Below, piece by piece: positions 54,060-64,000 of a stretch of 64,000 nt of DNA (position 1 is the first letter of the stretch; the number at the start of each line of letters is the position of its first letter). Made by a program: the position numbers and the translations under genes. Origin of the DNA: Dictyostelium discoideum. Taxonomy: Eukaryota. The notes under the pieces were generated by a model. The model ran no database searches. It saw nothing but the letters and a program-made list of their open reading frames with translations, and was not told the origin of the DNA. The stretch spans positions 128,001-192,000 of the forward strand of contig CM000151.3 in NCBI GenBank assembly GCA_000004695.1, given 5' to 3'.

Positions 54060-55148
54060 AAGTATGGAATGATATATATTTAAAACAATTAACATGTTGA
54101 ATTATTTAATTTATATAATGAAATTATAATTGAAAGTAGAAATGAATTATTAAATTTTATAAATAAAGAATATGTTAATTCAATTATATATTGTGGTAGA
54201 GGGAAATTATTTAAAATTGATTTCTTTGGGTATAATAATTAGAGAATATTCAATATAAATCAATTAATAATCAAGTACCAAATGGAATCAAACAATTAAT
54301 ATTACCAACTCATGATAATTTTAATTATAATTTATCATTATTACCAATTCAATTACATCAATAATAAATTTAAATTTATATCCAAATATCAATAATTATC
54401 AATAATAATAAAAATAATTTACTTTCAATTCCAAATAATATTAAGTCATTAGTTATTTTTGATAATAAAGTTTATAATAGCTATAATTATAATAATAATA
54501 ATAATAATAGTGAATTAAATTTAATAAATTTAATAAAATATAATTGTAATTTAGAATTTATTAAAGTAACTAATTCATATGGTTATTTTAGAGAATTACA
54601 AGTTAATGATTTTACAATGTTTTATAAAATTAAAAGTATTGAATATACCATATTTATTTATTGTGATACTAGTGAAAATCATTCAAATAGATTCAATAGG
54701 TTTACCAAATTCAGTTACAGATTTAAACCTCTTTTCATTAATAACTTTAAATGTATGTAAAGTATTATTAATTGATAATAAAGCACCATCTTCAATTTCA
54801 ATATCATCTGAAATCTCTAAAATTTCTAATGATTTTGGTAAACTACCATTATTATTTTTAATTCTAATTGGTTCACCAATTAACCTTACCATTTAATACT
54901 ATTTGGAAATAATGGTGATTCATCACCACCACCACCACCACCACCACCAACACCAATATAATTATATTCATAATAATCTTCTTTTATTATATAATTAATC
55001 ATATTTTTACAATCAATTGATAATTTATTAATTGATGATGGTATTGAAAATTCTTCAAACATTCCATAATAAATTTTATTATTATTATTTCTACTACTAT
55101 AAAACACTTAAAAAATCATTACCAACATCATTAAAAAGAATTATAATT

Positions 55149-55211
<63 letters not shown>

Positions 55212-55310
55212 TCAAGATCTTTTATAGTTGATAATTCAAATTTTAAAAGAATAATTAAACAATTAGAACGACTTCCAAATTCAATAAGAATAATAAATAA
55301 AAATAATTAA
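54060..55310. pseudogene. Degenerate FNIP-repeat remnants readable on both strands, interrupted by stops and frameshifts.
   Basis: The minus strand has ..IPSSINKLSIDCKNMINYII.., ..FPNSIKW*, then one frame over VRLIGEPIRIKNNNGSLPKSLEILEISDD... The plus strand has ..VPNGIKQLILPTHDNFNYNLSLLPIQL.., ..IGLPNSVTDLNLFS.. and ..LPTSLKRIII...LPNSIRII. No long frame stays open. Motifs follow the LP.S(L/I/V)..L.F pattern of FNIP repeats. An intact FNIP gene lies at 62327 onwards. Confidence 0.35.
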
Positions 55311-55397
55311 TTTTTTTTTATTTTAAACAAATAATAAAAGATAGGTGTCCCATACCCAATTTAATCAAAAATTTATAAGAAAAAATTAAAAAAATTA

Positions 55398-55439
<42 letters not shown>

Positions 55440-55659
55440 AAATTTTATTTTTTATTTTTTTTATTTTTTTTTTTATTTTTTTTAAATTAAAAAAAGGCAA
55501 CTTCACAAAATTTTTTTTTTTTTTTTTTTTTTTTAATTTTTTAATTTTTTTTTTTAATATTTTCACATTTATATATACATCAACTTCTACTTTTTTTTTA
55601 AATTTTCAAAAAAAAAAACAAAAAAGTAAACAAATAAAAAAACAAATAAACAAAAAAAT

Positions 55660-57473
55660 ATGGTAAAGGTAAATGTTAAATGGAATAAAGAGAAATATGA
55701 AGTTGATGTTGACCCATCAGAACCAGTTTCAAGTTTTAAAGGTCAATTATATTCATTAACTATGGTTCCAATAGAAAGACAAAAAAGTAATATTTAAATA
55801 TATATATATATTTTTACTGTTGATAATTTAAAGCTAATTTTTTTTTTTTTTGTGTATTAATAAAATAAAGTTATGGGATTTAAAGGTGGAATTTTAAAAG
55901 ATGATGCACAATGGAAAGATTTAGATTTAACAGAAGGAAAGAATTTAATGTTAATGGGATCAGCAGTAGAATTAGAGAAACCAGATAAACCAATTGTATT
56001 CCTTGAAGATTTACCACCAAGTAAAGCTGCAGCACTTAATAGTTTATTACCAGCTGGTTTAACTAATCTTGGTAATACTTGTTATTTAAATTCAACTTTA
56101 CAATGTTTAAAAACTGTACCTGAATTATTAACAATTATTAAAAAGTAAGTTTTTTTAAATAAATACATAAATCAATTAAAAATTATAATAATTTATTAAT
56201 ATATTTATTATTATTTATTATTATTTTTACTATTTTTTTAGTTATAAACCAAAAACAAATTCAAGATATTCAAATTTATTAAAAAGTTCACAAGGTTTAT
56301 TTAATGATTTATCAAGATTACATGAACCAGTAACACCATCAGTATTTTTGAATACATTTAGAATGTGTTTCCCAAGATTTTCAGAAAAGAGTCCAGAAGG
56401 ATTATATATGCAACAAGATGCAGAGGAGGCTTGGGGTGAATTATTAACAGCCTATGCTCACGAGTTACCATTGGATAATGCAAATGGCACTGATTCACAT
56501 TCTGCCGATTTGATAAAGAGATCAATGATTGGTAAATTGTTTGGTATTCAAGTGGTTGAGAAATTCACTTGTAAAGATAATCCAGAGGAAGAACCAACCA
56601 CTAGAGAGGAAACACTTTTAAAATTAGCATGTAATATCACCGTTGAAACAAGTTACCTTTTCGATGGTCTTAAAAAAGGTTTAGAAGAAGAGATTTCAAA
56701 AGCTTCACCAACACTTCACAAAGATGCAATCTATACAAAGAAAACTTTAATTAAACAATTACCAAAATATATTATGGTTCAATTTGTTAGATTCCATTGG
56801 AAAGATGCAACAAAAACAAAATCAAAAATTGTTAGAGTAATGTTATTTTTCATTTTTATTTTTATTTTTATTTTAATATAACAAGTTTATTAATTTTTTA
56901 TATTAATTCTAATTTTTATTACTATTATAGGTTGTACAATTCCCATTTACTTTAGATTTATTCGATTTATGTACACCAGAATATAAAGAAAGATTATCAC
57001 CAAATAGAAAGAGAGTGGAAGATGAATTTAATGCATCACTTGAAAGAAAGAGAAAAGTTATTGGTGGTAGTGGTGATGGTAATGATGAAGATGATAAACA
57101 AGTTGAAAAGAAAGCAGCAGTTAATAATGATAATCAACCACAATCTTCAACTTCTTCAAATGATTCAGTTTCTACTACAGGGGCTGCTGTTGATGATGAT
57201 GTCTTTTTCAAAGAGAATGAAACTGGTAAATATGAATTATGTGCTGTTTTAACTCATCAAGGTAGATATGCTGAATCTGGTCATTATGTTGCTTGGGTTA
57301 AGAAATCTGAAAATAAATGGTATAAATTTGATGATCGTGATGTCACAGAACATACAGATGAAGATATTAAAAAACTTTCAGGTGGTGGTGATTTCCATAT
57401 TTGTTATTTAGCACTTTATAGAACTCTTACCGTAAAACCAAAATCTTCTTCAACAATTACTGAACAAAAATAA
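55660..57473 (+). CDS. usp14: Ubiquitin carboxyl-terminal hydrolase 14 (USP14/Ubp6), with an N-terminal ubiquitin-like domain and a USP catalytic domain. Exons are 55660..55786, 55871..56144, 56242..56836 and 56931..57473.
   Basis: MVKVNVKWNKEKYEVDVDPSEPVSSFKGQLYSLTMVPIERQK|IMGFKGGILKDD...GLTNLGNTCYLNSTLQCLKTVPEL (Cys box) ...; the C-terminus has AVLTHQGRYAESGHYVAWVKK...KFDDRDV...LSGGGDFHICYLALY (His box). It is co-linear with human USP14. Introns are GTAATA/GTAAGT/GTAATG with AG acceptors and consistent phases. Confidence 0.85.
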
Positions 57474-57500
57474 AATAAAATTTTTAAAAAGTTCATATTA

Positions 57501-57562
<62 letters not shown>

Positions 57563-59490
57563 TATAATACAATACAATTTATAGTAATTTACATATGGTT
57601 TCAATTGGCTTTTATATTTATTAAATAAGTAATTTATAATATCTTGATAATCTGAATAATCTTTGTATACAATTATACCAAACCATTCAACCATATTAGA
57701 TGCTAATGGTTTGACATATCCATAGGATCCATTGATTATTATATTTTCATGTCCACCATCATCATTAGCATCCTCTTGTTCATATTGTTGTAATAAATTA
57801 TCTAATTTAATAAATGATTCTAAATCAAATGTTTTAATTATTAATTTCAATAGTTGGTGTTTTAAAAATGGTTTTTTGATTTTATTTTTCTTTCTAAATT
57901 TTAATTCAATTTCAAAATAATGTAAAAATAAATTAACTCTTGGATTATTATAATCTAACATTTTGGATACTTGGATATTAAAGTTATCTTTTACAATGTC
58001 CATGATTGTTGAATCGATAAATTGATTTAAATCTTTATTATTTCTATCAGTAAATATATATTCGAATGTATATACTGATTTATCTATATGATATTTCAAG
58101 AATGGTCTTTCTCTTTCAAAACCACCCGTGGGATCCTCAATAACGATTACACATGATCCGATGATTGGTGAAAAAGTTTTTAAATAATAGTATGAAGTGT
58201 ATTCTGAACTCTTTATTTTGATATAATTTGATATTAATTGATGAGCTGTTTTAATTTGGTCAATTGTTAAATTATTGACTCTAATTAACTTTAAATAAAA
58301 GAAATTTAATATCAATGATAAATTTGATAATGATAATTGACCATCTTTGAATCTATCAATTAAAAACTGAATAATATCAATTAAATCTTTATATAAATTT
58401 TTGCATGTATAGATTCTATTATGAAAACGATCTTTAAATGCTTTTTCATGTAATTTTAAATCTTTACCATTTAAATTATCAAGAATAAATTGTACACCTT
58501 CAAAATTTAAAAGTTCAATAAATGTTTGAAATAAATAAGAGGTTACATTTGGAAAGTTATTGAAATTTACTTTAATTTTAGTGAGATTGATTATTTGACA
58601 TGTTTGTTGAGTTGGTATTTTATATTGTTTGAATTTTTCATTTTCATGATAACCTGCCGAATCGTCCCAAATCTCCCCTTCTATAGAGTATGAGTTAATA
58701 AAAAACCGTCTTAAATTGTAATTAAATATTTTCATTACTAAAACCCCCCACCACTATAGTCCAACAATAACTCATCAATAGAATCACAAATTAATCTTAG
58801 GTATTTAATTGAATTTTTTGAACCAAATTGAATAATTTGAATCATATAATATTTAAATAAATCTTCATTATCATTAAAGTTTGATTGGTTTAAACGATTG
58901 ATTAATGATACAATATCATCATGAGTACGTAAAATGTGAATATTACACAACTGTTTATTTGAATCTAAAATTGGAATTACTCGTTTAAATTTGATTCTTG
59001 CATATTCTAATAATTCTGATGTACTAAAATCAAGTTTCATTTGATTTAATTTTGAATTTAAAGCATTTCTTATTTTTAAAATACTACAACCACCTGTTTC
59101 GATATCTGATAACCAATCGATTGTTTCTTTATCTTTAATTGTAACAATCATATCATTATCAATTAGATTTGATGTAATTTCTTTCCATTTCGATAATAGA
59201 ATTAATTGAAATTGTTTTTCATGCAAATCGATAAGTTCCTTTGTTGATATTACATCATCTAATGGTTTTTCTTCAATATCCTCTATAATGATTGATTTTT
59301 GTGTGGAATAGATTTTATAGAACATAATAATATTGTTATTATCTATTTGATAACTTTTGAATAAAGTGTTGAGATATATTTCACCAATATAGTCCAAATC
59401 TGATTTTGTTATATTGATTTTTACATGTTTTTTCAATAGAAACTTTAATATATTGGTGCTATAGGTTTTTGCCATAAAATATATTAACAA
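57416..59490 (-). CDS. Hypothetical protein encoded by two abutting ORFs (58738..59490 and 57416..58735). These are probably one gene interrupted at a G6 run. Both ends are uncertain.
   Basis: The reading frame is open upstream of the M at 59490, so more 5' exons exist; candidate ATG-containing mini-exons sit near 59957. The 3' end runs into a read-through of a 67-nt poly(A) tract as poly-Phe. No family recognised. Confidence 0.45.
57490..57556. repeat. Homopolymer of about 67 A residues between the convergent 3' ends of usp14 and the 57416..59490 gene.
   Basis: Direct reading. Confidence 0.9.
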
Positions 59491-60684
59491 TGGTTTAATT
59501 TTTTCACAGAGTCGAATGGTATCAATTAGTTCATTATATTCTTTTAAATACCATGCATATAAAACAATAGATTTAGTTTCATTAATTAATAGTTGAAATA
59601 AATTAAATTCTGAACCATAATCAGAAATGAATTGTGAACTATTTAATATACTTGAAAAATAATTTTCATGAAAAAATGCTTTACTAAAAAACCTGAAAAC
59701 AATATACCATCAATATTAATAAATTTAGATAAACCAATTGAATCAGACCTTTTCTTTTTATTTTAAAATTTAAAAATGATCCAGGCTTATTTTTTTATCT
59801 GGAAAAATGCTATTGAATTCCGAAAATGCAATACTAAAATCTATACTGGGGTCACTGCTTAAAAAACTTGTTTAAAATTTGAATAATAAATATGAAATCC
59901 ATTTAAATATCCAGAGTGTTCAACTAATATATTTAAATATGTATCATAATTTGTCATTTCAAATCAACAATTATTAAATTTTTTTTTTTAATGGTGTGGA
60001 GTATGTGGATGAATAAAGATAAAATCCAAATCTTTTTGTTGAATTTGAAAATATACATTTATAAAATTCTATTTTTGTTTCCCCAATTTCCTTATTTTCT
60101 GTGCCAAGTAATGTTTTATCAAAGTTTATAAAGTTAATATTTGTTGCTTTTAAATATGTTTATATAAAAGTTTGAAAAATGAGAAATCTTCCAAATCACA
60201 TCCATCAAAGAATACTTTTTTAGAATAATTGGAATATGTTGTAATTGTTAAGTTTTAATATTGTAAAATTTTATTGGAAACACATTCAGGTTGGTTGGAA
60301 ATATAGTTGTAATATAATCTATGGGAATTTTATCTGATTAATTAAATAGAAAAAATGGGAAAATATCTTTCATTTCACTAACAATATCTTTTTAAAAAAA
60401 AAAAAAAATTGGATAAAATTTTAAAAAAAATAGATTTCCATTTGGATAATTAAAAAAAAAATATTGGATAAAGATAATCAAAAAAGACACTTTTTATCCT
60501 ATAGTGGATAAAGGTAAAACACTAATTTTTTAAAAAAAAAAAAAATTGTTTCTATCCAACTGCCCCTCCCCCCTTTTTTTAAATTTTTTTTTTACTAAAA
60601 ACAAAATAATCCATATTAAAATAAACTAATTTTATTTTTTTTTGTTTTTTTTACTATAAAGTAAAGGATATTTTATTTTTAATA

Positions 60685-60894
60685 TCAACAGTAATTTGCA
60701 AATAGTGAAACAAACATCGAATTAAAACTTTCTGGCATTTCTTTCCAATCTCTTTTTGCATTCATGAATGCATTGTTAACAGCAGAACAATCTTGGCTAC
60801 TAATTTTGCAAACCCCACCATTGGCTTCATTAATTTCACCCAACACAAAAGAAAGAGTAATAATAAGTAAAATAAAAATAATAATTTTATTCAT
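60685..60894 (-). CDS. Candidate small secreted protein of 69 aa.
   Basis: It has a signal peptide (MNKIIIFILLIITLSFVLG) followed by a 50-aa mature region with 4 Cys. Isolated ORF, no homologue recognised. Confidence 0.35.
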   Translation of the reverse strand: MNKIIIFILLIITLSFVLGEINEANGGVCKISSQDCSAVNNAFMNAKRDWKEMPESFNSMFVSLFANYC

Positions 60895-61219
60895 TTCTTT
60901 ATTTTTAATTTTAGTTTTTTTTTTTTTTTAAAAAAAATATTTTTTTTTTTTTCTTTTTTTGAATGATTTTTAAAAATAAAATTATTTATTTAACCTTTTT
61001 ATAACTTTTTTTTTTTTTTTACCAATATTATTAAAAAAAAAATAATTACCATAACAAATAATTACTATTTTAAATTTCCATTTAAAATATTATAAAATAT
61101 TAATATAAATTTGTATTTGCCATCTTTTAAAATAAAACTATGTTATTACATGAAATTGTTTTTTTTTATTTTTTTTATTTTCTTTATAGTCATCAAATAT
61201 AGTTAAATACAAATTTAAA

Positions 61220-61251
<32 letters not shown>

Positions 61252-62326
61252 CATATGAACCTTTTTGTTTTTTTTTATTATAATAATTATTTGTGATATG
61301 GTAATTTTTGGAATTAAAAAAATTAAAAAAAAAATAACAAAAAATTAATAAAATTTAAAATAGATTAATCATGAATAGATAAATAAATAAACAAAAAAAA
61401 TGTTTTAAAAAGAAGAAATTTAGTGAATATCGTTTTCTAAGACTTTTTTTATACCAAAGATTTTAAATCCACCATCTTCATATTTTTCAATACCATTTTT
61501 GCAGTATTTAAAAAACATTAATATTTACTTATTTTATTTTATCTTTTTTATTTATATATAAAATATCGTAAATTAATTATTTATATTTTTATTTCATTTT
61601 ATTTTATTTTCTTTTTTATTTTAATTTTATTTTTTATTTTTTTTTTTAAATTTAATTTCCCTGTGAAATTTTAAAAATTACAACGAAATAATGAAAAAAT
61701 TAAAAATAATAATCTCCCCAGATCAGAAAAATCTATTAACAATTATTGTGAGATTTTCAAAAAAATATTAATGAAAAAAATTACTTGGTGGTAATTAATC
61801 ATAATTTCTATATTGAGATAGAGATTTTTTTTTTTTTTTTTTTTTTTTTCAAAATTACCCTATCATCCATTGTTTTTTTTTTTTTTTTAAAATAAAGTAT
61901 TTAAAATCCCACAATAAACAAAAATTTTTTTTTTTTTTTTTTCATTTTAAATATGATTTTGTTGTGAAATTTTTTTTTTTTTTTTTTTGTATTATTATAA
62001 AATTAATCAAATCAAAAAAAAAAAAATATGTCCATCTTGAATTTCTCTTTTTATTTTTACATATTAAAATTTTTTTTTCAAGAGTTAAATAATTTTTTAA
62101 GATACCAAAATTGGGGTTTAAAAGGGATTTTTTTTTTATTTTTTATTTGACCCATTACTTTTATTTTTTTTTATTTTAAATTTAATAATCATTGTCATTC
62201 TAATAAAATTAAAAAAAAATATTAAAAAAAAAATTAAAAAAAAAAATTTAAAAAACCAATCATTTTTTTTTTTTTTATCATTTTTCTCATTTTTTTTTCA
62301 ATATCATTTTAATAATAAAAAAACAG

Positions 62327-63266
62327 ATGGATCACATTCTTAAAGATAATAATAATATTAATAAAAATAATAAAGATAATGAAATATTATTTTTTAAAGT
62401 TTTTAGAAACCATTTTATATTTAATGAAATATTTAAACATGTTAGGCTATATGATTTACATGAATCAAAAGCTTATAGTATAAATTTAAAGGATTCTAAA
62501 TATAAAGATTATATTAAATATATATTTGATTTTAATTTTTCAATTAAAAATCAAAATATTTTAACAAATTTTAAAGAATTAATTAAATTAAAATTTAATA
62601 AAGATTTTAATAAGAAATTAAAAGCAAATTCAATACCAAATACAATTAAAATAATTATATTTAATAAAAATTATAAACAACCTATTGATTTAGGTATTTT
62701 ACCATCAAGTTTAGAATATTTAAGTTTTCATAGTTTTTATAATGATTCAAATTTTACAATAACAAGAAATTTATTACCAAATTCAATAACAACATTAATA
62801 TTCGATAATGATGAGCATAATGGATATGATGCATATAGAAATGATAGTGGTTGTTTTATAGATTTAAACATTGGAGGGATTTTACCAAATTCATTAACAA
62901 AATTAAATTTACCAAATAATTTTAATACGAAATTAAATTTCAAATCATTACCAAATTCAATTACAAGTTTAAAATTTGGTCTTTATAACGAACCATTAGA
63001 AGACAATGTTTTACCTGATAATTTGGTTGAATTAACAATGGTTTGTTTTAATAGAGATTTCCACGAAAATACATTTACAAATTGTAAACAAATTAATAAA
63101 TTAATTTTATATAAATTTAATCAAAAAATAAGTGGTACGAATTTACTACCAAAAAGTTTAACACATTTAGAATTACTATTTTTTAACCAACCAATAATGG
63201 ATACTACAAATAATAGTTTATTACCAAATAATTTAAAATATTTAGATATTACATATTATAATATTG

Positions 63267-63324
<58 letters not shown>

Positions 63325-64000
63325 TAATAATGGTTCATTATTTTTACCAAATTCCATTGAAACTTTAATCATCAATAAAATAAATTTATTTCCATCATTT
63401 CCTAATTCATTAACTTCTTTAGCAATGTCATATGAAAACAAAGGTTATATTTTTAAATTATTAAGCCTTTTACAAGATATTAATTTAAACAAATGTGTTT
63501 TCATTAAATATAAGCAATATATATACCCAAATTCTAATTTGGTAAGTCTTGTTTTTCATCCATCTAAAATAATTATGGAAAAAGAAAAAGAAAATGAAAA
63601 TGAAAATGAAAATGATGAATTTTTCAACCAAAAAAATATTAAAATAGTAGAAATAAAACAAAAAAATTTTAATTGGTCAAATTTACTAGAATTTAGATAT
63701 TTAAAAGAACTAATATTTGATAAAAATTCAACTTTTAATAAAAATTTAATTAAAGGAATTTTACCAGATTCTTTAGAAAGATTGGAGTTTGGAAAACATT
63801 GGAATAATGGTGATAATAAAAATGAAATAAATTTTTATGGAAAAGAGCTTAAAGTTGGTATATTCCCAAATCAAATTAAGTTTTTAAAATTTGGTAAATT
63901 ATTCTATAAATCTATTAAATTAGAGGCATTACCAACATCTTTAATTAAACTTTGTTTACCAAAGAAATCATTACTTTTATTGCCTAAAAATTACATTTTA
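62327..64000 (+). CDS. FNIP-repeat-containing protein, 3'-partial (runs off the window end).
   Basis: From ATG 62327 the frame is open to the window end (558 codons). This ORF is not in the track because no stop is reached. It contains repeated ..LPNSITTLIFDND.., ..LPNSLTKLNLPNNFN.., ..LPNSITSLKFG..YNEPL.., ..LPKSLTHLELLFFNQPI.., ..LPNSIETLII.. units. The N-terminus ILFFKVFRNHFIFNEIFKHV is typical of Dictyostelium FNIP proteins. Confidence 0.7.

Noticed and set aside
61430-61510. 32-codon minus-strand ORF (MFFKYCKNGIEKYEDGGFKIFGIKKVLENDIH)
   Set aside because: It is too short and isolated. It could be a terminal exon of an unannotated gene, but there is no supporting upstream exon.

Overview
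The window is eukaryotic nuclear DNA with a Dictyostelium-like (social amoeba) organisation. It is extremely AT-rich outside exons, with long poly-A/T tracts, triplet repeats encoding poly-N/Q/S, and short AT-rich introns of about 70-160 nt (GTAAGT/GTATGT donors, AG acceptors). It is not prokaryotic: I see no operons, CRISPR arrays or rRNA/tRNA genes, so there is no bacterial defence or mobile system here. By reading the ORF track and splicing by eye I reconstruct about 25 protein-coding genes on both strands. Recognisable products are Nmd3, ribosomal proteins S25 and L27, a GDPD phosphodiesterase, a divergent TCP-1/CCT-like chaperonin, a RING-H2 protein, a Nudix hydrolase, a NAP/SET histone chaperone, the CCA-adding tRNA nucleotidyltransferase, NPRL2, a CLASP-like TOG protein, CSN7, a CUE-domain protein, DNA polymerase phi/Pol5, a NAPE-PLD-like metallo-beta-lactamase, a GNAT acetyltransferase, USP14, a Dicty_CTDC cysteine-rich secreted protein and FNIP-repeat proteins. 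The most interesting observations are (i) three conserved genes interrupted by single-base frameshifts; (ii) a GATTGATGAG motif cluster near the 5' ends of both ribosomal-protein genes; (iii) two GC-richer blocks with non-Dictyostelium codon usage, one inside the GDPD gene and one carrying three frame-shifted ORFs (possible transposon remnant); (iv) decayed secreted-protein and FNIP pseudogenes; (v) a highly divergent CCT-like chaperonin paralogue. All splice coordinates are hand-derived and approximate.
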